A stretch of 56,773 nucleotides of DNA from the NCBI GenBank assembly GCA_044357355.1, contig JBIKPT010000002.1, positions 1 to 56,773 of the forward strand, in the 5' to 3' direction. The position numbers and the translations under genes are program-made. The stretch is from Chitinophagales bacterium. GTDB taxonomy: Bacteria; Bacteroidota; Bacteroidia; Chitinophagales; JADIYW01. The notes under the pieces were generated by a model. The model made no database searches and was not told the DNA's origin. It saw only the letters and a program-made list of their open reading frames with translations. Shown piece by piece: positions 45,388-55,874 of this stretch; position 1 is the stretch's first letter, and every line of letters starts with the position of its first letter.

Positions 45388-47415
45388 TTACAATTTTTCC
45401 TGCCATTTAAACATCTCATCTCGTAATCTGGCTGCTTCCATAAAATCCATTTGTTGCGAAGCGCGCTGCATGGCTTTTTTCAACTGTGCAATTTTCTTTT
45501 CCAGCTGGTCATTGGTCATGTATTCACTTTCAGCTTCAGCAGCAAAATTCATTTTGTCTACTTGTTCTTTATAATTGCGTTCTTCTCTGGTTTCCGGTCG
45601 CTGGCGTATATCTAAAATAGAAGCACGGTGCAAAATTTCTTCTTTACTTCTGAACACCGTTTTGGGTTTCATGTTGTGTTCGATGTTGTAGGCTATTTGT
45701 TTTTCACGTCGACGGTTGGTTTCATCAATGGTTCGCTGCATAGATTTTGTCATCACGTCTCCGTAAAAAATGACCAGGCCGTTGGCATTACGTGCCGCAC
45801 GACCAGCCGTTTGTGTCAGCGAGCGTTCGTTGCGCAGGAAACCTTCTTTATCGGCATCTAAAATAGCGACTAAAGAAACTTCCGGAATATCCAATCCTTC
45901 ACGTAAAAGATTCACACCAATCAATACATCAAAATCTCCTAAACGCAATCCCTGAATAATTTCCACACGTTCCATGGTATCAATATCACTGTGCAGGTAT
46001 TTGCATTTGATGTTGAGTTTTGTTAAATATTTTGCCAACTCTTCTGCCATGCGTTTGGTCAGCGTGGTAACAAGTACACGCTCATCTACACTAATTCTTT
46101 TCTGAATTTCATCCAGTAAATCATCAATCTGATTAATGCTTGGTCGCACATCAATTGGCGGATCCAATAAGCCGGTTGGTCTCACTACCTGTTCGATGAA
46201 TTCACCATCCGTTTTTATCAACTCGTAATCTGCCGGTGTGGCAGAAACAAAAATGGTTTGATTTAGTAAAGATTCAAATTCCGAAAAATTTAACGGACGA
46301 TTGTCCATAGCACTTGGTAAACGAAAACCATATTCTACCAGATTCTGTTTTCGGCTTCTGTCGCCGCCGTACATACCACCGATTTGCGGAATGGTGACGT
46401 GACTTTCATCCACCACCAGTAAAAAATCGTCCGGAAAATAATCCAGCAAACAGAAAGGCCGGTCGCCCGGATTTCGCCTGTCAAAAAATCGTGAATAGTT
46501 TTCGATGCCGCTGCAATAGCCTAATTCTCGAATCATTTCCAAATCGAAATTTACACGCTCGTCCAGACGTTTAGCTTCCAATTGTTTACCGGTAGCATTA
46601 AAATATTCTACGTGTTCTTTTAATTCATCCTGTATTTCATTAATAATAGTTGGCAGTTGGTCGCGTGGTGCAATATAGATATTTGCTGGAAAAATCGCGA
46701 TGTCTTTCATTTGTTCGATGCGTTTACCTGATACCGGATCGAAGGATTCCAGCTCTTCTACTTCATCGCCCCAGAATGTAATTCGATAAGCATAATCTGC
46801 ATAGGCTAAAAACACTTCTACATTATCGCCTTTCACGCGAAAATTTCCGCGCTGGAAATCTGCCGTAGTGCGTGCATATAAAATTCCAACTAAATCAAAC
46901 AAAAAAGTGTTTCTGCTTAATGTTTGTCCTTTCGTAATTCGGATTATTTGATTTTTATATTCAGCCGGATTTCCCAAACCATAGATACAAGAAACAGATG
47001 CTACGACAATCACATCGCGTCTTCCGCTCATTAATGATGTGGTGGTGCTTAAACGCAGCTTTTCAATTTCTGCATTAATAGACAAATCTTTTTCTATATA
47101 AGTGTCTGTAACGGCAACGTAGGCTTCTGGTTGATAATAGTCGTAATATGACGTAAAGAATTCTACTTTATTATCCGGAAAAAATTCTTTGAATTCGGTG
47201 TATAACTGAGCGACCAATGTTTTGTTATGAGACAAGACCAATGTTGGCCGTTGAGTCTTCTCTATCACATTAGCAATCGTAAATGTTTTTCCTGAACCGG
47301 TAACACCAAGCAAGGTTTGGTATTGTTCGTTTTGCATAACACCATCACTCAATTGCTGAATGGCATTCGGCTGATCACCTGCCGGTTGATAATTAGAATG
47401 TAATTTGAATTCCAT
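45388..47415 (-). CDS. uvrB: Excinuclease ABC subunit B
   Basis: LLGVTGSGKTFT, VDESHVT, the C-terminal UVR domain (..AARLRDEM..) and 675 aa full length. Confidence 0.97.
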   Translation of the reverse strand: MEFKLHSNYQPAGDQPNAIQQLSDGVMQNEQYQTLLGVTGSGKTFTIANVIEKTQRPTLVLSHNKTLVAQLYTEFKEFFPDNKVEFFTSYYDYYQPEAYVAVTDTYIEKDLSINAEIEKLRLSTTTSLMSGRRDVIVVASVSCIYGLGNPAEYKNQIIRITKGQTLSRNTFLFDLVGILYARTTADFQRGNFRVKGDNVEVFLAYADYAYRITFWGDEVEELESFDPVSGKRIEQMKDIAIFPANIYIAPRDQLPTIINEIQDELKEHVEYFNATGKQLEAKRLDERVNFDLEMIRELGYCSGIENYSRFFDRRNPGDRPFCLLDYFPDDFLLVVDESHVTIPQIGGMYGGDRSRKQNLVEYGFRLPSAMDNRPLNFSEFESLLNQTIFVSATPADYELIKTDGEFIEQVVRPTGLLDPPIDVRPSINQIDDLLDEIQKRISVDERVLVTTLTKRMAEELAKYLTKLNIKCKYLHSDIDTMERVEIIQGLRLGDFDVLIGVNLLREGLDIPEVSLVAILDADKEGFLRNERSLTQTAGRAARNANGLVIFYGDVMTKSMQRTIDETNRRREKQIAYNIEHNMKPKTVFRSKEEILHRASILDIRQRPETREERNYKEQVDKMNFAAEAESEYMTNDQLEKKIAQLKKAMQRASQQMDFMEAARLRDEMFKWQEKL

Positions 47416-47481
47416 TTTGCTTCATCAAAGATATACAAAAGATAAGAATGCATCATTGGTTGTAAATGAAAGTAAATAGTA

Positions 47482-48831
47482 ATGAAAAACCTAGTATTTT
47501 TAAATAAACTAAAAAGTATGCAAAGAGTTATTTACACGATTATATATTTATCATTTATTATAACATCAGGCAAGGCCACGGATTGCTTTAATGGCAGATA
47601 TAAGAATAAAGTATTTGCTGAATATTCAATTCTCAATAATATCCATTATGCATGGAAACAAACCAGTGACGGAAGATGGCAGAATTTGGTATATGATGTC
47701 TATCAACCAAAAAATGATACGGTATCAAACAGACCAGTCGTTGTGCTGGCACATGGTGGAGGTTATATTGATTTATTAGATCAGAAAAGTCCGGATATCG
47801 TGGAGCTGGCAATTGATTTAGTAAAAAGAGGTTATGTCGTTATTTCCTTAGAATACAGAGAAGAAGCCAATCCATTGGTTTTGTTGTCAGAAGAAAGTAT
47901 GATTAAAGCGGTAGGTCGTTCTTTGATAGATATTAGAGATGCGACCTGCAGTATAATGGATACCACCATTAACTTCGGAAATCCGTATAAAGTTGATTAT
48001 AGTAAGGTAATTATCGGCGGTGTTTCAGCCGGTTCGGTAAGTTTTTTACATGCCTTATTTTTGGATAGTTTATCCTGGATGCCGCCACAATATCAGCAAT
48101 GGATTTTGCAGGTAGAGCCCAATTCACAGGCATTATTAGATAATAGATACTGCGGTGCAAATGTTATAGGCATGCTTAATATTTCCGGAGCCATACTGGA
48201 TACAGCCTGGATACAACCCAACAGAAATTATCCGCCTATTTTGTCACAACACGGCACCGCAGACCCGATAGTTCCATATAATTATGATCATCCGTTTCAT
48301 TTGCCCATGTTGCCAAAACTGATGGGCAGTTTTTTAATAGATAATCGTTACAAAGAATTAGGATTGCGTAGTGAGTTTCAATCCTGGCTTGGATATTCGC
48401 ATGTGCCGTTTATTGGCGGATTAAATATAGAAGCACTTTTCAGTCCAAATCCATTGGCGCTTATTTTTAATCCTTATGTTTTGGACAGCACCAAACGACA
48501 TATTGCTAATTTTTGTTACAGCCTGATAGAATGCGATGAGCGTATTACCGGAATAAAGCAACAAGTAATAGCATCTAATCTATCTGTTTTTCCCAATCCT
48601 TCTGCAGGAAATTTTAACATTCAGCTACCAAAAGAGATTTCGGTGAATAAATGGAATATTGGAATCTATGACATCACCGGAAAAGAATTGTTTTCTAGTG
48701 AATTTTCCGGGAATTCATCTTTTGTTACTATTAATGAAAAGCTGACATCAGGTATGTATTTCATAAAGTTGCAATATGAAAAGAATAGTGAATTACATGT
48801 TTATACCGGAAAAGTGACGATTACGGAATAA
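47482..48831 (+). CDS. Secreted alpha/beta hydrolase (esterase) with T9SS C-terminal sorting domain
   Basis: VVLAHGGGY oxyanion motif, GGVSAGS nucleophile elbow, and the tail VFPNPSAGNFNIQLP...GMYFIKLQ.... Confidence 0.7.
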   Translation: MKNLVFLNKLKSMQRVIYTIIYLSFIITSGKATDCFNGRYKNKVFAEYSILNNIHYAWKQTSDGRWQNLVYDVYQPKNDTVSNRPVVVLAHGGGYIDLLDQKSPDIVELAIDLVKRGYVVISLEYREEANPLVLLSEESMIKAVGRSLIDIRDATCSIMDTTINFGNPYKVDYSKVIIGGVSAGSVSFLHALFLDSLSWMPPQYQQWILQVEPNSQALLDNRYCGANVIGMLNISGAILDTAWIQPNRNYPPILSQHGTADPIVPYNYDHPFHLPMLPKLMGSFLIDNRYKELGLRSEFQSWLGYSHVPFIGGLNIEALFSPNPLALIFNPYVLDSTKRHIANFCYSLIECDERITGIKQQVIASNLSVFPNPSAGNFNIQLPKEISVNKWNIGIYDITGKELFSSEFSGNSSFVTINEKLTSGMYFIKLQYEKNSELHVYTGKVTITE

Positions 48832-48902
48832 CTTTTCCTCTTAACATCTTTTTTCTCTTTCATTCATAACATTTTCCTACTTTTGTAGACTAAAATTAGT
48901 TT

Positions 48903-49418
48903 ATGGAATTCAGAGAAATTATTGCCGTAACCGGCATTGCAGGCTTGAAAAGAGTAGTAGCCAACAGAAATGATGGATTGATATTGAGTGAACTGGACGG
49001 TTCCAACAAAAAATTTTATTCCAATCGCCAGCATATGTTTTCTCCTTTAGAAAACATTGCAATTTACACAGATAACGATACCGTGCCATTGCTCGATGTG
49101 CTTATTGAGATGAAAAATCAAAAATCAACCAATGCACCTGTTGATGCGAATGCAGCAAATGATGTATTGAGAAATTATTTAGCATCCATTTTGCCAAATT
49201 TTGACAGAGAACGTGTCAATGTATCTGACATTAAAAAGTTAATTAAATGGTATGCTATTCTGGAAGATTTAGATGTAATCAAAAAATCAGAAGCAACAGA
49301 TGAAGCGAAACCGGTTGTGAAAAAAGAAGCATCACATACACCGAAAGCTCCGGCAAAAGATATGACGGTGCACCAGCAAAATGTGGCAAAACCGAGAATG
49401 ACGAAAAATAAAGTTTAA
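48903..49418 (+). CDS. Conserved Bacteroidota hypothetical protein (resembles DUF5606 family from memory)
   Basis: MEFREIIAVTGIAGLKRVVANRNDGLILSEL... with a basic C-terminal tail. The family assignment is unverified. Confidence 0.5.
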   Translation: MEFREIIAVTGIAGLKRVVANRNDGLILSELDGSNKKFYSNRQHMFSPLENIAIYTDNDTVPLLDVLIEMKNQKSTNAPVDANAANDVLRNYLASILPNFDRERVNVSDIKKLIKWYAILEDLDVIKKSEATDEAKPVVKKEASHTPKAPAKDMTVHQQNVAKPRMTKNKV

Positions 49419-49428
49419 TTTTCAAGCT

Positions 49429-49467
49429 ATAATTCCTTCAAGGTTTCCAAAACCTTGAAGGAATTAT
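49429..49467 (+). terminator. Strong stem-loop terminator
   Basis: AATTCCTTCAAGGTTT-cca-AAACCTTGAAGGAATT is a 16-bp stem followed by a T-rich tract. Confidence 0.75.
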
Positions 49468-49486
49468 TATTTATAAAGATGAATTT

Positions 49487-51190
49487 ATGAAAACTGTTAC
49501 CAGAAATAAACGAAACTACCTTTCCGAAGATTTAATTGTCAATACCTGGGAAGATGTGGCATCTTACTATGATGAACTGCAGTACCGCGCAATTGTAGAT
49601 AAAGACGGTTTATTGAAATGGATGGCTGACAGAAGTGAAACGGATGCCGTGGTGGACGAGGAATACCGTTGGCGTTATATTCGTCAAACCTGCGATACGG
49701 AAGATGAAGCACACGCCAAAGTCTATGAAAACTTCATTGAACACATCATGCCGAAATGGATGACGGTGATAAATGAATTAAATAAAAAAGTAGCAGCTTC
49801 TCCTTTTGTAAATGAATTAGATCAGGAACGCTTTTTTGTCTATCTGAGAAATCTGCAATCGCAGTTAAAACTTTTCAGAGAAGAAAATATTCCGTTGTCA
49901 CAACAAATACAATTATTGTCGCAGGAATATGGTTCTATTATTGGCGCTATGACCATAGAACACGAAGGCAATGAATATACGTTGCCACAGGCTGGAGTTT
50001 TTCTGCAAAACCAGGACAGAGCATTGCGCAAAACAATTTACGAAAAAATCAGCAGTCGCCGTTTTCAGGACAGAGAAAAGCTGAATGATTTATTTTCTCA
50101 ATTACTGAAAATCCGTCATCAGATAGCACAAAATGCTGGCTTTTCTACTTTCAGAGATTATATGTTTGCAGAAATGGGTCGCTTTGATTACGATGTAAAA
50201 GCCTGTGAACAATTTCATGAAGCAATAAAATCAGAAGTAATTCCGTTGGTTCAAAAAATTCATCAGAAAAGAAAACAACAACTCAACGTAGAAAACTTAT
50301 ATCCTTATGATTTAGAGGTAGACGCTGAAAATTTACCAGCACTGAAACCTTTTACTACTCAGGAAGAACTTATTGAGAAATCGGTGAAATGTCTGGATGA
50401 CGTAGATTCATTTTTTGCGGAATGCATTTCCATTATGAACAACATGAACTACCTGGATTTGAATTCGCGCAAAGGCAAAGCGCCTGGTGGTTATAACATG
50501 ACCTTGCCGGAAATCGGTGTTCCATTTATTTTTATGAATGCTGCAGGCACGCACCGCGATTTAGAAACTATGGTACACGAAGCCGGACATGCCGTGCATT
50601 CCTTTTTGATGCGCACGCTGCCGTATAATTTCGATCAGGAAATTTCTTCTGAAATGGCAGAACTGGCATCGATGAGTATGGAGCTGATGACGTTTGACGG
50701 ACTCGATGCTTTTTATAACGAAGCAGATAAAAAACGTGCGATAGAAACACATCTCGAAGGCATTATCACGATGCTGCCATGGATTGCACTGATTGATAAA
50801 TTCCAGCACTGGATTTATACAAATCCAAACCACACGAATGAGGAACGCGAGAATAAATGGGAAGAATTGCATAAAGAATTAAGCAGTGATGTGATTGACT
50901 ACAATCCGTATGCTGATTTCAGAAAAACCATGTGGCATAAGCAACTGCATATTTTTGAAGTGCCGTTTTATTACATAGAATACGGAATTGCACAACTAGG
51001 TGCGATTGCGGTCTGGCGCAACTACAAGCAAAACAAACACAAAGCGGTAGAGGATTATAAAAATGCCTTGAAATTAGGCTATACCAAATCCATTCCTGAA
51101 ATGTATAAAGCAGCAGGCATTGAATTTAATTTTACAGCAGCTTATGTGAAGGAGTTGATGGAATTTCTGAATAAGGAAATTGAAAATTAA
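49487..51190 (+). CDS. M3-family oligoendopeptidase (PepF-like)
   Basis: HEAGHAVH zinc motif in a 567-aa protein with PepF-like layout. Confidence 0.8.
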   Translation: MKTVTRNKRNYLSEDLIVNTWEDVASYYDELQYRAIVDKDGLLKWMADRSETDAVVDEEYRWRYIRQTCDTEDEAHAKVYENFIEHIMPKWMTVINELNKKVAASPFVNELDQERFFVYLRNLQSQLKLFREENIPLSQQIQLLSQEYGSIIGAMTIEHEGNEYTLPQAGVFLQNQDRALRKTIYEKISSRRFQDREKLNDLFSQLLKIRHQIAQNAGFSTFRDYMFAEMGRFDYDVKACEQFHEAIKSEVIPLVQKIHQKRKQQLNVENLYPYDLEVDAENLPALKPFTTQEELIEKSVKCLDDVDSFFAECISIMNNMNYLDLNSRKGKAPGGYNMTLPEIGVPFIFMNAAGTHRDLETMVHEAGHAVHSFLMRTLPYNFDQEISSEMAELASMSMELMTFDGLDAFYNEADKKRAIETHLEGIITMLPWIALIDKFQHWIYTNPNHTNEERENKWEELHKELSSDVIDYNPYADFRKTMWHKQLHIFEVPFYYIEYGIAQLGAIAVWRNYKQNKHKAVEDYKNALKLGYTKSIPEMYKAAGIEFNFTAAYVKELMEFLNKEIEN

Positions 51191-51193
51191 TTA

Positions 51194-52549
51194 TTAAGAT
51201 AAATTCGTCAACAACCAATCTTTGCAGGATCTATGCAGGTCTTGTATTTTGTTTTTCTGATTTTTTTCCAACAGTATAAACATGAAAAATCCTTTTACCG
51301 ATATGAATAATTGATACCAGTAATAGGCAAATAAACCTGTGCAGTAGGCAAATACAACACCACCGATACCTACACCAATTTTTTGCAAGTTGGTTTCTGA
51401 TTCAAATTCAAAAAACACTGGAAAGAAAAAGAAATAAAAAATATACAGAAAAAGGAATAAAAACATACCAACCACCACACGAACAGTACTTTCAAAAACA
51501 GGATTTTTTACTTTCTTTTTTACAATAATTTTTGGCAGAAAGAACGGAATTGCATTTAAGGATAATCCTGTAAGAAATACCGGAAAACTAAGAAACAAAG
51601 CAACACTTAATAAAATCCAATTTGCAGCGTTTTTATTAAAAACGTTCAACGGAATTTGTAAATCCGATAATTTATTTTCTAATTGTGTCAATTCGTTTTT
51701 GAAAGCTAAAAATGTTTCTTTTTGTGTAGTATAATGATGCGCTAATTGTTTGGTGATATGTGCGCGCAGATCAAATAAATTTTCAACATCAGTTTTGTTT
51801 TTAAATTGCTGCGCCAACTCTTTACCGATTATTTCTTCTGCAGCTATTTCCATTCCGTACAAATCAGCTTCTGTTTGAATAATCATATATTCAGCTAATT
51901 TTTCCTGTGTTTTATCTGTAATCAGCTGTATACTTTCTTTACTGTTGATGTCTTGTAAATTCAAATCCTGCAAAGTAAAAGAAGCACCAAAATTTATAAT
52001 TAAATCAGCACGAAACTTATTATAAATATGGTAGTTTAAGCCAATTGGCTGAATGTGAAGTTTATTCAAATCCTGTTTTTCATTGGCATAATCTATCGCA
52101 ATATGCGCTGTTCCTTTTCTGAAATTGCGAATGGTTTTTTCCTGAATACATTTGCCTTCGCTGAAAATTAAAACAGGTCTTGCTTTGTCAAACAATTCAA
52201 ACATTCTTCCGAAGGTTTCCTGATTTTTTTCGAGATTATCATCGCACTCTTCTTTTCGGTAAATAGGAATAATATGATATTGCCAAAGCAGCCATTTCAG
52301 AAAATTATTGGCGAAAGCATCACCGCGCGCCAGAAAAAAAATACCTCTTTTTACATTTACAGCAATGGCAATCGGATCTATTACAGCATTCGTATGATTG
52401 GCAACTATTAAGGTGGGTTTTTTAAAATCAATATTTTCTTTACCGATAAACCGGATAGTATAAGCCGTTTTCCAGGTGAGCTTTAACAGCGGCTTAAAAA
52501 TCCAGTATAAATAATTTATTGGCAACATAATATTCTTAATAAACGGCAA
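51194..52549 (-). CDS. PlsC-family lysophospholipid acyltransferase with C-terminal membrane domain
   Basis: NHTNAVID (HX4D) and FSEGK motifs. C-terminal TM helices. Confidence 0.7.
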   Translation of the reverse strand: MPFIKNIMLPINYLYWIFKPLLKLTWKTAYTIRFIGKENIDFKKPTLIVANHTNAVIDPIAIAVNVKRGIFFLARGDAFANNFLKWLLWQYHIIPIYRKEECDDNLEKNQETFGRMFELFDKARPVLIFSEGKCIQEKTIRNFRKGTAHIAIDYANEKQDLNKLHIQPIGLNYHIYNKFRADLIINFGASFTLQDLNLQDINSKESIQLITDKTQEKLAEYMIIQTEADLYGMEIAAEEIIGKELAQQFKNKTDVENLFDLRAHITKQLAHHYTTQKETFLAFKNELTQLENKLSDLQIPLNVFNKNAANWILLSVALFLSFPVFLTGLSLNAIPFFLPKIIVKKKVKNPVFESTVRVVVGMFLFLFLYIFYFFFFPVFFEFESETNLQKIGVGIGGVVFAYCTGLFAYYWYQLFISVKGFFMFILLEKNQKNKIQDLHRSCKDWLLTNLS

Positions 52550-52620
52550 AACTACTCATAAAAAAATGAATAATGCTACCTGCAATCTACTACTCAGCAG
52601 TAATGAATGATTTGTTTAAT

Positions 52621-52656
52621 TAAAAACAAAAGCCCGAGTTGTATACTTCGGACTTT
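52621..52656 (-). terminator. Stem-loop terminator after the redoxin gene pair
   Basis: Minus strand AAAGTCCGA-(11 nt)-TCGGGCTTT, including one G-U pair, followed by TTGTTTTT. Confidence 0.5.
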
Positions 52657-52676
52657 TATCGTGTTATTTTTTCTGT

Positions 52677-53282
52677 TTATTTTTTCCATTTAATTCCGCA
52701 GCCGATAGCTTTTGTGTTCGCCACAGCTACAGGTTTACCAGTTAGTAAAGCATCCACAGCACTTTCCACATATTTTTCTGTCACAGCTGATGCGTCTTCC
52801 GAGTTATCGTCAATGGCTCCAATATATTTAATCATTAATTTCCCGCCTTCTTTTTGTACCACATACATATGTGGTGTTTTCAAGGCACCAAATTTTTTCG
52901 CCACCGCCTGAGATTCGTCGTGCAAATATGGAAACGTAAATTGTTTGTCTTTTGCACGTGTTTGCATGCTTTTAAAATCATCATCCGGATATTGCACGGC
53001 ATCATTCGGATTAATAGCAATGACAGGATATCCTTTTGCAGCATATGTTTTATCTAATGCAATAATTCTGTCTTCATAGGCTACAGAATAAGGACAATGA
53101 TTACAGGTGAACGTAATAATAAATCCTTTTGAATCCGGATAATCCGCTAAAGACACATTTTTGCCATTGATGTTTTTTAAAGAAAAATCAGAAACAGCAT
53201 CACCGACATGATAGCCTTCGTGTGCGGTTGATAAAAAAGATAAACCAATAACGGCCATTACTGTAAAGAATAATTTTTGCAT
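52677..53282 (-). CDS. Secreted thioredoxin-fold redoxin (AhpC/TSA-like)
   Basis: Signal peptide and FTCNHCPY (CxxC). Confidence 0.7.
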   Translation of the reverse strand: MQKLFFTVMAVIGLSFLSTAHEGYHVGDAVSDFSLKNINGKNVSLADYPDSKGFIITFTCNHCPYSVAYEDRIIALDKTYAAKGYPVIAINPNDAVQYPDDDFKSMQTRAKDKQFTFPYLHDESQAVAKKFGALKTPHMYVVQKEGGKLMIKYIGAIDDNSEDASAVTEKYVESAVDALLTGKPVAVANTKAIGCGIKWKK

Positions 53283-53285
53283 AAT

Positions 53286-53783
53286 TTATAATTTAGAATG
53301 AATAATTTTTTCGAGTTCATCATACGTTTCATAATCACCTTCGTGATAATAAATCTTATTTCTGTTTTTATAAAATAAAGTCATGGGAATTGTACCTGAC
53401 CAATTCGAGTCAATTTTATCTATCCATACATTTGGATTTCCGGCAGATAAAATAAATGATTCTGAAGTATACTTGTTTTTTTGCAGGAAATCATTTACCT
53501 GAACGGCACGTGTTTTGGCGTCTTGACTTACTAAAATTATTTTTACAGGTTGTTGTGTATAGGTTTGTGCAACTTTTTCAAAAATTGGTAATTCTTGTAT
53601 ACATGGTTTGCACCAGGTTGCCCAGAAATTTACAATATACAGTGTATCATTTTTGTGCAGTATTCTGTTTTCGTATTTTGTAAAATCAAAAACAGGAACG
53701 GAATTTTGAGCATCGGCAAAAAAAGAAATACAGCATATTGCTGTTGCTAAAAAAAAGCTTTTATCCAAAACACCAAAATTCAT
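53286..53783 (-). CDS. TlpA-like thiol:disulfide oxidoreductase
   Basis: ATG at 53783. FWATWCKPC active site. Confidence 0.8.
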   Translation of the reverse strand: MNFGVLDKSFFLATAICCISFFADAQNSVPVFDFTKYENRILHKNDTLYIVNFWATWCKPCIQELPIFEKVAQTYTQQPVKIILVSQDAKTRAVQVNDFLQKNKYTSESFILSAGNPNVWIDKIDSNWSGTIPMTLFYKNRNKIYYHEGDYETYDELEKIIHSKL

Positions 53784-53847
53784 TCTACAAATTAACACAT
53801 TGAAAGAAGAGATGTTCAGATAAGAATGTTAAATAGCGTGAAGAGTA

Positions 53848-55068
53848 TTAATATGGCTTGATTTTAATAAGCGGATAAAACCAATCCCTTACTTTTTCAA
53901 TAGCAATAATGTTTCCTTCAAAATGCGAATAATTTCCTATATCTATTAACGATACATTGCCGCCTTTTTGTAAAAAAGTGTTGTATGCAATTTCGCTGTT
54001 GTCATAAAATGCAATTTCATCTGTTTTACTATGAAAAAAATGTGTCGGTGATTTGGGTGCCCAATCATTTATTACATCGTATTTTTTAACTGCTTTCAAA
54101 AAGAGACTGTTTGGATTATTGCGCAGTTCATATTTAAATGAAGGTTGCAACGTGTTATAAAAATAATCAGGATATTTCGTGCTGACTTCGCCTATGGTGC
54201 GCGTTCCATCAAACAATACAGCAGTAAGTGAATCATAAGGCGGAATGAATATGCTTTTAAAGTTGGCATAAGGCCGTTGAGTTGTTTGTATACTGTTAAT
54301 TAAAAATGCATATGCACTGGAAAACGGAAAACTAATTGAATCTTTAAGAGGATTTAATTGAGCAGATTTTTCTAATGCAAACCAGCTTGCCATTGGCGCA
54401 CTTGCTTTTATACTAAACTGATAAGGATATTTTGTTTCCAGTTTTCGTTGTGCAGACAAGGAGGCATGTCCACCCTGAGAATAACCCATTAAAAAAACCT
54501 CTGCATTAAACGTCAGCGGCCGATTCGTTTTATTCAATAAAATCTGTACACTTCCAAGCATATCTACTACGGCATTTGCTTCTTCTTCAGGATGATAAAA
54601 ATGATGGATACCTTCACTGAAACCCAAACCTATATAGTCAGCTGCACAAACAATAGTTCCGGTTTCACTGGCCATAATAAATGGAACATAATAACCCATA
54701 TCTGCAGCAATGGAAGAAACTTCCTGCTTTTGAAAAGCGGTACCATGCTGATAACATACAACAGGTAAAAAATAGCGTTCAATCTCAGGAATATAAACCA
54801 ATCCACTGGCTGTGATTTCGTTATTCAGGTAATCATGTGTTTTATAAAAAATCCTATAAACAATAACATCATATTTTGGCTGAATAAAACTATCTGCATT
54901 TGAGATAAAAGTATTAATTCTCGCAACTAATTGAACTTTAGTAAGTCTGTCTTTATAACGATGGCTGACGTAAGTAGGTTGCAATTGTTCATATACAACA
55001 GGTGTTGGTTTTTCTTTAGAACAAGAAATGAGAATACCAATTAACACGATAAATAATAAACGATGCAT
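53848..55068 (-). CDS. Lipoprotein alpha/beta hydrolase (lipase-like)
   Basis: ATG at 55068 gives MHRLLFIVLIGILISCS (lipobox). GYSQGGH nucleophile elbow. Confidence 0.6.
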   Translation of the reverse strand: MHRLLFIVLIGILISCSKEKPTPVVYEQLQPTYVSHRYKDRLTKVQLVARINTFISNADSFIQPKYDVIVYRIFYKTHDYLNNEITASGLVYIPEIERYFLPVVCYQHGTAFQKQEVSSIAADMGYYVPFIMASETGTIVCAADYIGLGFSEGIHHFYHPEEEANAVVDMLGSVQILLNKTNRPLTFNAEVFLMGYSQGGHASLSAQRKLETKYPYQFSIKASAPMASWFALEKSAQLNPLKDSISFPFSSAYAFLINSIQTTQRPYANFKSIFIPPYDSLTAVLFDGTRTIGEVSTKYPDYFYNTLQPSFKYELRNNPNSLFLKAVKKYDVINDWAPKSPTHFFHSKTDEIAFYDNSEIAYNTFLQKGGNVSLIDIGNYSHFEGNIIAIEKVRDWFYPLIKIKPY

Positions 55069-55069
55069 A

Positions 55070-55858
55070 TTATTGTGGAATTTCTTCACTTATATAATAT
55101 CTGAACAGAAAAAAGGTTGACAGACCACATAATAAATGCCAGACGCCATGCCATTGAAACAACGAAGTTGGGTTACAAAAACAATGTCCGTCCCATCCAA
55201 AATGCCAAACAAAAAATGCGATTAAAAAACTGAGAGAACAGAAAATGGCATATTTAAATTGTACAACAGGTCGGTTTTTTTTAAGATTTAAATATTCAAA
55301 CAACATACCTAAACAACAGACCAATCCAAATGCGGCACTTCCGGCATAAAAATCAAACCCAAAAACAGTGCGGTAGGTTCCGGCTATATTACAAAGAATT
55401 ACACTGATGAAATAGATGGAAATAAAAACCAGCGAATTCAGGTTGTAATATCTTGCTAATGCAAATGCAAACATAAATGAGCCAAACAAATACATACTGT
55501 TCATGTCAAACAAACCACCAATACGTGTCTCTGTTGCGTGCATTGCCATAGAACACGGACCAAGCAGAACTGTAATTAAACAGTAAAACAAAGGAATAAA
55601 CGGATGCTTAAAAAAGAATCCTGTTTGGTTAACATCACGATGACTTAATATCCAGGCGCAAGAAATTCCGGACAGAATAAAACCTATATTTGAAAAGGAA
55701 TTAGCAGGTTGCAATATCAGACCATTTCCGGGATCTTCACAAAAATTACCGCCTACACCTTGTGGACTACCAAACCATCCGGATGATAATGCAATATAGA
55801 AAAGTACCAATACTATTCCTGTGAAAACTAGCGTAATGCTGAACGTTTTTTTTAGCAT
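55070..55858 (-). CDS. Ceramidase-family (alkaline ceramidase-like) 7-TM membrane protein
   Basis: FCEDP...QPANSFSNIGF, SMAMHAT, DMNSM and WHGVWHLL resemble the CE..N..SN / S..H / D...M / H..WH pattern of the ceramidase family. This is a recollection, not verified. Confidence 0.5.
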   Translation of the reverse strand: MLKKTFSITLVFTGIVLVLFYIALSSGWFGSPQGVGGNFCEDPGNGLILQPANSFSNIGFILSGISCAWILSHRDVNQTGFFFKHPFIPLFYCLITVLLGPCSMAMHATETRIGGLFDMNSMYLFGSFMFAFALARYYNLNSLVFISIYFISVILCNIAGTYRTVFGFDFYAGSAAFGLVCCLGMLFEYLNLKKNRPVVQFKYAIFCSLSFLIAFFVWHFGWDGHCFCNPTSLFQWHGVWHLLCGLSTFFLFRYYISEEIPQ

Positions 55859-55874
55859 ATATGCTTTCTGTTGT